DNA of 64,000 nucleotides from Dimorphilus gyrociliatus (Eukaryota; Animalia; Annelida), in assembly GCA_904063045.1 (NCBI GenBank), contig CAJFCJ010000007.1:1991404-2055403 (forward strand), in the 5' to 3' direction. This document shows positions 39,191 through 52,612 of the stretch, piece by piece (positions within the stretch are counted from its first letter, which is position 1; every line of letters begins with the position of its first letter). A program made the position numbers and the translations under genes. The notes under the pieces were generated by a model. It had not been told where the DNA came from, did no database searches, and saw only the letters and a list, made by a program, of their open reading frames with translations.

Positions 39191-39397
39191 ATAATGCAGA
39201 AGCTTAACGGTTTTTTTATTCCTGCAGACTTTTTCACACATTGAATAGCTTTTTAGTGACATTATCGTGTATATATTGGTTCATTAATCATTGTCTAGTT
39301 GGATAAAAAGTATTTATGTTTTATAAAATAATGTTTATTTAAGTTTTCGTATATAATACAATGTAAAATTAGCTATAAATAACAATCAACTAGTAAT

Positions 39398-40530
39398 TTA
39401 CATGGAATTGAGAAATAATGATAAAGGAGTGCTTTCCTTCGACTTTTTCTTCAGGAGTTTCTTTAGAGATTGTGCTGTTTGAGGCTGACTTAAATCAGTT
39501 TTGCGTTTTCTGAAAGAAGATAATGAACTTACATTAAAAGTAAAGATACAATTGTCACGAAATACTTTTCTGTAGCTTTAATAGCTTTTTGTTTAGTATT
39601 TGTCGGTTGTTGAGCGTCTAAAATAAATAAATAAATAAAAGACTGATTTTAAAAACTTTATTAAAAACAAAAACGAAAGTATTTTTGCTACATGCTATTT
39701 ATTAATCAATAGAATCCCATAGACTAGTACTACTTCAACATATAGTAATTTTTAATCTACATTTTCTATCAATCGAACAGGTGCATATTGTGAAATGGAA
39801 TTAAAAATTGTAGCTAGTCTATAGAATTGTTTTTATTTTTGTTAAACGACTGCATAATTTATAAATTCTATGTTATTAAAATAATGAGAACTGTCATTAT
39901 TATTAATTAATTTACCTCTGATTCGTAATTTATTCTTTTTTCTAGTATCTACGATGTTTCTTTGAGTAAGCCTTTTACAGATAAGACATCTATATATCTA
40001 GAGTGTAAAAGCGAAATAAAATTCTTTTTTCTATATAATTTTATATTTCTGTTGTAATGGTAAATACAGAAAAGACTGCAACGAATCATAAGATTATTGG
40101 CCATCTTTCTCTTTACACTTACTATATTTGTCTTTGGCTTTTTATTTGATGAAATTTTCCTAGTTTTCTTAATATTTTTGCTTTCTTTAGGTTTGTATTT
40201 GCGCTTCCTTCTTAACCTTGTTTTTAAAGACAGTAGCGACACGTTATTACATAAATGGCAATGGGGAAGAGTAGTATTTTTCTCTGAAAACAAATATTAA
40301 TAAAATTAAAGTTCTACGAAAGGTTATGCAAATCATAAGGTGTACCAAACCTTTAAACGTTCGCGCTACTTCCCCTTCTCTACTACAAATTATCAATTGA
40401 AATAATCCATTTCAGGTATTATATATAAATTATTAACTTACGCATAATGATTTGATAGAGTAGGACATGAAAATTGTAGCTTTTCGTAAATTTTATGTAA
40501 ATATTGTCTTCTCTTAACGTCCTCGTCCAT
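39398..40530 (-). CDS. C18orf21: C18orf21/RMP24-like (Rpr2/Rpp21/Snm1-type zinc-ribbon) protein
   Basis: Six short in-phase exons give MDEDVKRRQYLHKIYEKLQFSCPTLSNHYA...LPHCHLCNN...KTRLRRKRK...KTNI|IYRCLICKR...SLKKLLKKKSKESTPLSLFLNSM*. Two CxxC pairs and a terminal L..LL...FL.S motif are as recalled for human C18orf21. Confidence 0.7.
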
Positions 40531-40622
40531 TCAAAACAAACTGTAACGATAATAGGGAAAACATGCGCTTTGCGAGAGATAGCTTGGCTTTCGAAAGCCA
40601 TAGTTAATACTATTCATATCGT

Positions 40623-40632
40623 CAGATGGCGC
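40623..40632 (+). promoter_or_regulatory. CTCF-like motif CAGATGGCGC upstream of the C18orf21-like gene
   Basis: About 93 bp from the ATG at 40530. Confidence 0.5.
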
Positions 40633-41306
40633 TACATGTTTAAACTTGTAGTTTATACAATATAAGCAAATACTATTAAAAGGTCTATGTATCTCTCTCC
40701 TTATATATGTATATATTTAACGAAAATAATAATATACTATGGTAATAATCTACAAGTATTACCTTGTATTCATATCATCAAATTTACAACAATATAACAA
40801 CACATTCTCGTTGTTATCACAGATAGTAAAAAGAGGAACTGGTTTATGAAATAATATCTTAGCCCCTGCTATTCTAAAATTTATATTACTCATATGTAGC
40901 TTTTTATACAAGATGACTAATTTATGTTAGTGAAATTAGAACAAAACAATAAACTACTTGTCAAAGATCATTCCAGATCGAAGTATACTGTCAAGTACTT
41001 TCCGGAATGTTTACGGCAAGTTCAGTCAAATTTTGATTAGGATGCAGATATTTTCTCTAACTGTATACATATGAATTATTTACAGACACAAAACAATGCA
41101 CAGTTCAATTTTGTTCAAGTATCATCATTACTTATGCAATATATTGAAAATGATAACTTTGAAACTTGGTTAGTTGCTAATCCAAGATTAAATCTTTGAA
41201 TAAGTATATCTTGTCAAACAATAATAAGAATATCTTATTAATCTCATAGTTATTTACTATATATTAGTTTTTTTTATGCAGGTAATTTTTATTTCATGGA
41301 AATTAA

Positions 41307-43068
41307 TCATTGAGGTTCGTCGATCTCCTGAAAATTATCGAGAATGTCATATTCCCATCCTGGCTGCTTTTCAATCCAAAAAAGTTTCATCAATTTACAA
41401 TCAGTCAGGTAATTCAAGTACCTTTCATTTTTTTTCGTCCATTTTTTTAAAAAGTAAATTTTTTCATTAAAGAACGATACAAAGTTTATGATATCTCTCA
41501 ATCTTTTATGGTAATCATTTCCGTATGTAGTTTGAAGATACCTTGTGAATGCCAAATTCAGTCTTTGATTAGCAACTCCCATTTTTGGATATTGAGCTGA
41601 TGGTTTTATGATTTGTAATGCAAATACAAACATTGTTTCTTCTACAGTAAGATTTAGCTTATTTTTTCGCTCTGAGATCTCCATCTGATAGCTGAGCACT
41701 TCTTTGTCTAAGAAATGTTCCAACTCATTCTTGTGCATGAGAAATTGTTTATCATCCACAGTGAAAACAAATTCATCATTACTCCAATAGAAGTTATACG
41801 ACATGGCTATAGCAAACTTTATATATTCGGGATAATTGAAAAAGTCAACTACGAACTTTTCATTAGGCAACTCTTTTCCTCCTGGCAGTGCTCTGGCAAA
41901 TTTGTACAAAAATTGTATATTCCTTTTAAGTAGCTTCTGAGAAATTTCAGCAAACGAGCGTCTACCATCAATCTCAACGCCAGTAACTTCAACAATATCC
42001 ATAAAGTCCTCCTTTGACCATGAGGAACCCTGGGTTTCAAGAATTGCGGAATAAAGTCGTTCATACAAATTATGAATTTCTTTTCCCCATGTAGCATCAG
42101 TAAACTTGGAGAAAGACTCTCTACAATACACAGTCACAATATCTGCGTCAGCAAAATTCATCATATGAGGAATTGAGGGTTTATTAGAAATAATCTCGGA
42201 GAGTTTATTAAAGTTTTCTCGCCGCCTTTCTCTCGAGTATCTTCCAATTTTAATTCTATCTCTGGACATTCCTTCAGATACACATTTTTTAAATCGACAT
42301 GATTTGCAATTAAATATATAATCGTCTGACGACATACATTGGTTTCGTCCATTTTTACATCTATAATCAGTATGTTTCGTCAGGCTTCTCCTAAAAAAAA
42401 CCTTGCATGCTTCGCAAGTATTTGTTCCGTAGTGGTATCTGTTGTTACGATAATAAATTGTAGGTCAAAAGTTTCTCAAGTGCATTTTGAGCTTTAATTA
42501 GATTTTTAAATTCTGATAGCATAAAAAATAAACGCCGGTGTTATTTAATAATCACTAACAAATCTAAAAATAATCAAGTATTAACAATTATTTAGCGATT
42601 GTTTACTGATAAAAGATTGAAGGTTTTATATGACAGCTACTATATAAACAAGTATAAGGAAAGAGATTTAGAGGGAAATGACAGTTACAATGGAATTGTC
42701 ATATGATGAACATTACAAAATTGAATCATTAAGAAAAAATTTAAATTTTAGATTGCATACTAGTATTTTAGTTATGCAGCCTAGTTGTCCTACTTTAGAC
42801 TTTTCTTCTACCTACTGCACTTTATTGTGAAACGACAAAAGACTAGTAATGTTAGTGTTCTTTTAAAAATAATTCTTTAAAATGATCGAATCTCTTACCC
42901 TGAAGCTGGTGCTCTACAAACTTGGCAAGGAGGAAGGGTTGATTTTAAAACCTCAAATCCGGTATAGGGTGTTATAGTAGCTTCCATATCATAAGAGTCC
43001 CAAGTTTGGGACAACAAGTGTGACGACTTCTCAGACTTGCATTCTACATCCGAAAGTTCAGGTAGCAT
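41307..43068 (-). CDS. Nuclear hormone receptor (NR1-like, atypical P-box CEACKV), about 433 aa
   Basis: Exon 43068-42899 ends LPPCQVCRAPASG and splices in phase 2 to YHYGTNTCEACKVFFRRS...C.....C...CKSCRFKKCVSEGMSRDRIKIGRY (exon 42438-41307). A divergent helical ligand-binding domain follows. Confidence 0.92.
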
Positions 43069-46000
43069 TCTGCTAACTATTAAGCAATCCTGTTCATGTA
43101 CTTAGATATAAAGCAGAACTAGAATGTCAATAGCATTTCTGATAAATAGAGCTATTAGAATACCTATCTATTGATTAATATAGAACTAGTAACCATTTGC
43201 GTCACCAAATATAGATGTCGCTGAGGTAATATAATTATTTTCGTAAGGTAGCACATCAATCTAGATTAATATATGCATCTTTCTACTACTAATCAAATTA
43301 AAACTAAGTTGCAAATAACATAAGATAATACGTACAAGACAAAAATGCTACTTTTACAATGTTTTGTTGATTAAATCTCAAAATACGTAAACTAACCTGA
43401 AAACACCTAGTCATGTTCTATTCAACCCAGTCTTTAGTGAAAATAATCAATATAGTCTAGGTCAATGAACTAGACAACTATTCTCTCTAAGAACCAAACT
43501 ATTTAAAGAAATAGTGTTTTCTTCCTCAGTTTTGTAACTATTAATATAACTTAATTATAATTTTACTTAGTATAATATCAAGCTTTGTTTAAAGCAATAT
43601 TGTTTATATCACTTTTCATCAACAAAAATACTATATCTAAGTCACTAAGAATCTACTCAATGCATAAAATATTTCTATATTTTTATATTAGTAAAAGCAA
43701 CCTATTAAGAAGTCAATCTTCTTTGATTTATACGATTACATAGACTATATCTGTAAAGAATAGAAAATAAAATTTACATGTTAAAAGGAAAAGCAAAGTA
43801 GCTTTATCTATAATAGATTAACAAGTGAAAATACATTTGATATATAAAAAAAACTTGGTATAATATATTATTTTTATAGAATTCATTGAAGGTAATTGAC
43901 ACATATATTTAATAGTGTAAACTTGAACTATTAAAGGGTGATAGAAATGGATTTAATCAAACTATTTCCACCATTGAAATGAAAAGTTTAACAATTGTCA
44001 TTCGAATAGAATGTACTACTATAACTCTGCCATCTATAGTCTGTATTATTAGTAACTCTATATGATATATTAAAAGTTTCACTTTTTTTCTATACCTGCC
44101 AACAATTTATTTACTCTTTAACTCGTAGTTGAAAGCCTGTTTAGTAAACAATATATATGTTAAAAGCTAAACTTTTCTTGATATAAACTAATTAAAATGT
44201 ATTTATTTAGCAATTAACGTTAATTCTTTTCGCTGTAGTAATACTTTTTACATTTTACGGTTTTACTTTTTAAGCATAATCGAAGTGAAGCTATTGTCGT
44301 TTTTTAAGCTTTATTAATTGAAAAAATTTGCGTTGAATTTCATTATCATAAAGTAAAAGTTGAAAAGTAAAAGAGAGCAAGTGTAATGGTGTCTAAAAAA
44401 CATGAAAGAGCTGCTTCAACTCTAAAATTCACTCACTCGAAGCAGATGTCTACTTTCATTTAAGAAGAGAAGAAGTGGTATATTTATTCTTACAAACAGG
44501 TCTTAAGACTCTTTAAATACTATTGTCATATTGTATAAAAAGTTCTGGCTTACTGACTAGAAAAATTGATTATAAAAGTTGAATACTTTCTTATTTTCAA
44601 GCAATTATATTGTTCAAGTTACTATTTATTTTGTAGCAGAAACTAGAGCCTTGTTTAATAAAAAAGGAAATGAGACTATCATAGATTTACTTAAATATAT
44701 CATATAGAAAAAGAGTGTGTAGTTAGAATTAATTCAAATTTATCATTATCTAATAAAGAATACTGTATACTAATGTATATATATATATATATAACTATTC
44801 CTCACACCATACGATATAACTGTGTATTTCTATCTTAAATTCTTGAAAAGAAACGGAAAAAATGACTAATTGTTTGAATGAAAATAACAAGTATGATAGA
44901 TATTAAAAGGGGTATATTTAGTCAACATAAAAATATTTAAACTATTAATAAACCGATTAAACTATTTTTAAATTTATGTTGCAAAGCTAAGATAAAAATT
45001 CTGCTATTCAAACAAAAACTTCTTTCATAAACGAATGAGTACACGACGGTAGAAATCTCAAGAATTTTAGATGATTACCTCTAAGCACAAAAAAAGCTTT
45101 GGGGCGGGGAGGAGGAAGGTATTTTAGACAAAGTTAACTATTAAGCAAACACTTACTTAAACAGAATTACCACAAAACTATAGACTTTATTGAAAATTTG
45201 TCAAGATTATGGAGTCTAGTAGTCAACTTAATGTGAACATTAATCATAGTACAATCATAGATAGCAGCCTACTTCTCAAAATCTTTTTTTGCTATATAAT
45301 GTATGTATAAGTGATAGTCGAATTTTAATGAAAAGGTAAACTGTTGTCCTTCATATTTAAAACACGCATAAAAATAATATGAAACGCTTATAAATTCTAA
45401 TATATCCTTTTAGTTAAACTTGTACAGAAAACAAAAACACATCTTAAGCTCTATCCAAATCTTTAATATTTGTTGGACTTTGAATTTCCATTTCATGCGC
45501 ATCTTGAATTAACGCGCAGCACGGGCAAAAGCTGCTTGTGACATAATCCATCAGCATGCTCCCTTCAATTCCCTGTTTCTGTCTTACTCTCCAACGTAGA
45601 GTAGCAACGTAGGGAAAAAGGAGAGACGTTAGACACGTTAGAATATAGTCATCTTTTTCGTCAAGTTTGTTGGCAACCTTCCCTGGAAATAAAGAAACGG
45701 ATAAAGAGAAAAGCTAGTGTTCCTATATATGTGTAATATAAATAGCACTGCCACGCCGAGCTATACAGTCTAACCCTGTTACAGACTAACGAGTTGCTCT
45801 AGAACCCTCCCCCTAGAGCCCAACCCACTTTTCTAAAAATTATTTTGACCGATAAGGAGAACTGGTAAAGTTTAGATTTTCCTGAAAATTAAACTAAAGA
45901 ATCAAGACACTTACCTATTGTAACACAGGGGCACAAAAATGTTAGAATACATAGTTTAATGTCGCTAAAGCATCCGAAAAGTCCGACTTTGTATTCACCC

Positions 46001-46772
46001 ATATTTACTTTCAACAGCAGCTGACGCTACGCGCTGCAAGCACGCCACCTATATATTAGCAATGTAAGCTGTGTTTAGTTGTAATACCATATTTTCGCTC
46101 AATTAAAATTAAAATATATAACTTTACGATCAAAAAATAATATTAAAAAATAATTTTCAACATAAATAAATTGTTTATATTTGTTTTATTGAAACTTATC
46201 AGTGATTTTATACAGTCGAGGAAAAAGTTGTACAACTTTTTTATTAGATTTTTGGCATGCAACGTAGACCTATAAATATCTGTGGGTACGAAGCAAATCG
46301 CTTCACCTGAATTTTATACCAAAAAATGACCGCGAACCTAGTCCAAGTCAATATTCAATACCTTAGTCATTTAATTGACATGGCATACTTCTAGGAATTT
46401 CTCTCTAAAAGTGTAGAAAGATCTGTTCAATACATTTAAATATGGAGATATTACTAAGCATAAAATTTTTTTGAATGAGTTTCAATCGATTTAGTCAATT
46501 ATTCTATATAGAATACTTGAAGAAAATAGAACCAAACACTCTTTTGACAAACAACTTGGGGAGTAAGTTATAAATAAACAAATAAAAAAACCAATGAGAC
46601 ACTAATCTTGTAACATTTTAAATGATTTTACGGCTTTCACCAGTAATTGTTACATGGATGTTAATGTTTATCTTTTGCCAATAAATATCTCTTTTTTATT
46701 AAACGTTTTACGGATAGAGAAAAGAAAGAAAAAAGAAAAAGAGAGAAAATGTTTATGTCTGTCTATTTCTTC

Positions 46773-46793
46773 CTCTCTCTCTCTCTCTCTCTC
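46773..46793. repeat. (CT)n microsatellite
   Basis: About 10 CT units read directly. Confidence 0.85.
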
Positions 46794-47839
46794 GCTTTCG
46801 TACTTGGAAACTTTTCATTGGCTGTTGATATAATGTTCCAAAAAAAAAAGCGATACTTACTGATATATAATATTTTAATAGAAAATAGGACTTTTTAATA
46901 GATAAGACTGAGTATTTATTACAAATATTATATATATATAGTATATATATATATGGCAGAAATAGATCAGTTTGCATAGAATTTGACAAAACTATTATTT
47001 CTACGTGTTAGCCCTTTTTTTTGTTATAAATTCATTATTATATCGAGCTTTGAGGCAACAATAAAATCATGTTGAATAAAATATCTGAATAGGTCTTTTT
47101 TTATATATTAGTCAGGATTTCCATAAAAATTTCATTCTTAACATTCCCCGTTCTTTTTGAATGAGTTCATTGATGAAAATGATACAATTTCCTATTCCCT
47201 CTTACTAGTTTTATAATTCTTTCCACAAATAAAAAATAGCTAGTTTTGATTTTACTTTATACAATGATAATGAAGATTAATGTTTATTTTTTATGGGATT
47301 CCTCTCCAACCATAGATAGGTTAGAAGAGGAAATTCAATAATATAGAATTATTTATAAAAGCTATTTTTTTATAAATGAAAAGAAAAGTTTTGTAATTAG
47401 TTAAATTTATTATAATACTATAATTTTTATTTGATTATAATGACAAATTAGCTTTTACGCTACAACTCTGATTTGTCATTTGTTTGAATTTCATTTGCGT
47501 TTTGCTGAGTTCTGTTGATCAAGTTTAATTAGTTACTAAATTCAATATATTATGTGTTTAGAAACGTATTGATTCAGTATTAAACAAACAGTTTTTCTTT
47601 ATGTTTTTTTTTTTAATATTGCTTTTGACGACAGATTTTAAGTCAATTGTTGAAAACCATACAATCTGTATATGGGAACTATTTCTTTTCCACCATTTTG
47701 AAATTCCTAAGATTATTGGAAAATATTTAACTTGTCTTTGCGTACTATTTTTAAAGTTTAGATTCATTTGGTGCCAATATTAAGTGGCGCCATTTAACGG
47801 AGGTTTCGCGTGCAATTCTATTTGATTTTCATCCTACAA

Positions 47840-49858
47840 ATGTCGAATTCAAAATTAGCTGCCGCCGACTATGCAGCCGTTGTTATCTATTTTCTTGCCG
47901 TAATAGGCGTTGGCTTATATGTAAGCTTTTAAACACAATTAAAATTGATTGTCATTAAGGTATTTTTCAGTCCATGTTTAGAACCAATAGAGGAACAGTA
48001 AGCGGATACTTCTTAGCAGGTCGATTTATCACTTTTCTCCCAGTTGGCGCATCACTTTTTGCAAGTAACATCGGAAGTGAACATTTTATTGGTCTTGCAG
48101 GATCAGGTGCTGCAGCTGGAATAGCAGTTGGAGCTTTTGAATTTAATGTTTGTATTAATAATAAACAATTTTCGAATAAACGATTTTCAACATATCTTAT
48201 TTAAGGCTTGTATATTGTTGCAACTTCTTGGATGGGTATTTTTACCCGTCTACATCGCAAGTGGGGTAAATACTTTACCAGAGTATATGAAAAAGAGATT
48301 CGGAGGAAAGAGAATACGCATCTATTTGGCTAGCTTATCACTTATACTCTATATATTCACCAAAATATCCGTTAATTTATACGCTGGAGCTGTGTTTATT
48401 CAACAAGCACTTGATTGGAATTTATATGTATCAGTTCTACTAATTTTGACAGTTACGGCAATATGCACTGTTTCGGGAGGTTTGGCAGCCGTAATTTATA
48501 CTGATACGTTACAGGCTTTCATAATGATGGTTGGAGCAACAACATTGAGCATCATATCATTTGTTAAAGTTGGCGGTTACAAAGGATTATATGATCAATT
48601 TGAAAGTGCAATACCCAATTCAACACTGATGAATCCCAACACTACATGTGGTATCCCACCAAACGATTCATGGACAATGCTTCGTGATCCTATGTCCAAA
48701 AGCATGCCATGGCCAGGATTTTTATTTGGTCAAACACCTGCTTCTATTTGGTATTGGTGCGCAGATCAAATGATGGTTCAGAGAACTTTAGCGGCTAAGA
48801 GTTTATCGCACGCTCAGGGAGGAACTTTAACCGCTGGTTACATGAAACTTTTACCTTTTTTTGTAATGGTTTTACCAGGAATGATAAGTAGAGTTCTCTT
48901 TCCCAATGAGGTCGCTTGTGCAACATCAGAACAGTGCATGAAAGTTTGTGGAAGTAAAGTTTCGTGCACGAATATAGCCTATCCTAAATTAGTTCTTGAG
49001 CTTATGCCAGACTTTATGAGGGGAGTTATGCTCTCAGTTATGCTGTCTGCTCTGATGTCTGATCTAACTTCAATATTTAACTCAGCCAGTACGTTATTTA
49101 CTCTTGACTTTTATGCAACATTCAGAAAAAAAGCTACCAATAGAGAATTAATGATAGTTGGTAGGATAGCCATAATTTTTCTCACAATAATTGGAATTAT
49201 TTGGATACCAGTAGTAGAATCAATGCAAGGAGGGCAATTGTACATTTATATACAATCAATATCAGCTTATCTAGCTCCACCAATAGCGGCTGTATACCTT
49301 CTAGCGGTTCTCAGTAAAAGATGTAATGAATTGGGAGCATTTTGTGGTTTAATTTCAGGTTTTGTTGTTGGAGTCATTAGAATGATATTAGACTTTGTTT
49401 ATAAAGAACCTCGTTGTGGTGATGAAGATGAACGACCGAGATTAATTCGTTTACATTATATGTATTTTGCTACTATTCTATTTTGGTTAACAATCATAGT
49501 TTCGATGATTGTTAGCTTTTTGACAGTTCCCCCATCTCTGGAGCAATTAACGTGTACAACTTTTTGGACAAGATTTAGTGAGAGAGATGACAATGAGACA
49601 ATTGAGCTAGAAGATGTCAATACTGATATTGAAATCAGCGAAACCAAAAAGAAGACATCCATCTGGCAATGGTTTTGTGGATTAAATGCATCAAAGTTTG
49701 AAATAGCAACTTCGAAGGAAAGACTGAAAACTATACAATCTTTGCAACAGAATGAGACAGCAAAGATTATTCTTAAAATCAATTTAGTTGTAATACTAAT
49801 ATTATCAGGCTTTTTATATATTTTCTTCTCGTCCAATCATTTTGGACTTTTAGATTAG
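47840..49858 (+). CDS. SLC5A: Sodium/glucose (myo-inositol) cotransporter, SLC5A family
   Basis: [55 protein letters not shown] and [16 protein letters not shown] at 47840 with two short 5' introns. Confidence 0.95.
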
Positions 49859-49935
49859 TGCACGATACAACATGTATACAATAAAAAATATATTTTTACA
49901 TAGAGACCAAAATTTTAAGTATTAAAAATAAAAAG

Positions 49936-52334
49936 TTATCGTACAACTAACGATGGTGCTTTGGGAGGGAGTGTGTAAGGAGTTCCTAGAATTAGATCAC
50001 TAATACGCGCTGCTTCACGTAAGCCTGAAAGTAATGCTCCATGGACAGTTGCTGGATATTGACGAATTGTATGTTCACCAGCAAAAAATAACCGTGGTTT
50101 TACTGGAACAGCCAATTGATCGTAATCTGCTCCGGAAGATCCTGTAGCAACAAACGTATATGCTCCATGAGAGTTAGGATCGCCCATCCAGCGAGTTACT
50201 ACAGCTTCTTTAGGTGGAGGTACATTAGGATTTCCAAATATTGCTTTAAGAACTGAAATTGTTCGACCAACAATCACATCGTCCGTGACACTTTCCATTA
50301 TTCTTGCCGCGTTTCCAGCTACCATTGCTATAATTACTGGACTATTGTAAAGAGTCCAAAACAAGAATAACTCGCCTCGAGAGGCAGTAGTTGTTCCAAT
50401 ATGACCAAACAAATGATAACTAGACTCCCAAAATATTTTGTCGAAGCATAATACAACTTTATTAAGATTACCAAATCCCAAGCGCTGAATGGCTGTAAGT
50501 TTCCATTCTGGCAGTGGAGGTTCAAATTTTGGACAGTTATCATTTTTAAGCACCCCTAGAGGCAATGTACATAAAACAGCATCTCCTTTAAATACTACTG
50601 CTTCTTTATTTTTCATCGCCGTTACTGTAACCCCTTCCCTGGAATACTGAATTCTTGTAACTGGACTGTTGAGCAAAATATTTGGTAAACTTTGTGCGAG
50701 GGCAACAGCAACGGAAGAATAGCCATTTTTAGCAATTAAATGATTGCCAATAAATTCATAGTCGTCATCTTGATCCCAATGTTTTAAGGATAATTTATTT
50801 AAGGGAGTTGCATTGGCGAACTCTAAGTTAGCGAAATGCCAATCAAGAATTTGACGATCACGAGACTGTAAAAGATTAAACTATAATTTATTACACAAAT
50901 ACTCATTAATACTTACTGATAAATATATGTCACTCGGTAAATTTTCCTCAAGTTCTTTGAGTTTCTTCTCAAGAGTGTCCTTCTTCTCAAGAAGAGATTC
51001 ATATTCTTTGACAGACAGATTTAATTCTCGTAGGTTCTTTCTCTTTAAAAATTTTACGGTAACGTCATCTGAATTTCCATTCTTTTTCCCATCTGTTGTT
51101 TTATCATTTGCTTCTTCGTAACATTGGAAAGCAGTTTTAATTTTTTTTATCAGTAAAGCCATTCTTGAATATATCTCACGAAGTTTTTCTTGCTCAGTGA
51201 CCACTTGCTTTAATTGTAAGCATTGCGCTTCTTTAACTGATTTTTCCTGCAATTTTATAACATATTCGAGTGTGTTACCAAGAGATAAAGGTTCTCCATT
51301 TGCTGTATTGAAGTCCATTTGATGAGAAATATACGATGACGCCTCAAGAAGTCTGTTGAACTCCTTTTCAATCATTTCATCTTTCTCCTTTACAATAGTG
51401 TTTCCGTTGGATTCATAGAGAGGACACCTTTGTCGAACTTTGTGCAATTCTAAATCTATTTGTTTACTTAAAACCGTTATCGGATTTCCACCTAGTCCAG
51501 TGATTACCATTGCACCTAAATCCGCAACATAATCATTTTTTTTAAAAGTCTTTATTCTTCCTCCAACCCTATCAGTACTCTCTAACACAATTGTATCAAT
51601 ACCAAATGATTCCAGTTGCCTGGCAGCAATTAAACCAGAAATGCCAGCACCTATAATTATTACTTTTCCTCGACGTTCTTTTGGACTTGATAAGCGTTGA
51701 TAGACTCCAAAATTAATAGAACCATAACGATCGAGAAAGGAATGAACACGAGTGATGAGAGGTCCATCGCTGTTGTACGGAGCATCAATTCCTGAGAGAG
51801 CACGTTCTATAGTTAGCTCTTTTTTGGAATCGCTCAGCCAGAGAAGTAGCAACTTGTTTCGAATATGAAGAAAAACTTGTTGTGATTCCGTGCCGGCAGC
51901 AACTATCTCAGGAAAGCATTCCGCTTCTAAAGCGGTCATTTTATCGGGAGGCACACGGCTCTGGAAGGCTGCATCTTCGCAAGTTTCAATCTTAGGTAGC
52001 TCAACTAAAATATATATAAATTTTTTTAAAAGACGCACTCATAACCGATTGATATATACCACTCGTATCTTCCTCACTCTCGTCTTCGTATACAACTTTG
52101 GGTAGTTTCGGTCTTGGTGATTCTGACCGATCTGATTCTTTTTCCGAATCATCATTTTGTGTATGTTCCATCAAAGATTTCTAGAATATTTTTTAATGCT
52201 GTTTAAATAAAATCTGCGCTGTTTGGTATATATCTTACCCTAGGTTTTTTGCGAAGGTTCCTACTGGGCGATTCTTCCATAATTTGTTGGTCATTATCGC
52301 TCTTATTATCCGTGTCCACTGAATTCTTTGACAT
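49936..52334 (-). CDS. KDM1A: Lysine-specific histone demethylase 1A (LSD1)
   Basis: SWIRM region ([13 protein letters not shown]...[13 protein letters not shown]), FAD motif [15 protein letters not shown], tower coiled-coil, [12 protein letters not shown], catalytic GNLNKVVL and FFAGEHT...[16 protein letters not shown]. Confidence 0.97.
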
Positions 52335-52495
52335 AGTGAAAATAATCGATACTAGCAGATGATAAGTAGAATTCTACCATGCACGCGAATATTCAATCGA
52401 GATTGTACATCGGGCTAAAATTTACGATGAAAGGTAGCGGTCTTTACCTTTGTGCATCAAAATCCGCCATGATAAAATTTGCGGATTTCAACAGA

Positions 52496-52505
52496 TAGAT
52501 GGCGC
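52496..52505 (+). promoter_or_regulatory. CTCF-like motif TAGATGGCGC upstream of KDM1A
   Basis: Exact core match about 160 bp from the ATG at 52334, inside the 278-bp RNF25-KDM1A gap. Confidence 0.55.
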
Positions 52506-52612
52506 TATGCATCGCGTACGTAGCATAGCGTTTTGTTGTTATGTTATCAATGTTTAAAGAAACATATTTCTTTTGCAAGAAAAAAAATTACAAACAATAT
52601 AGTAAGCCTTAG

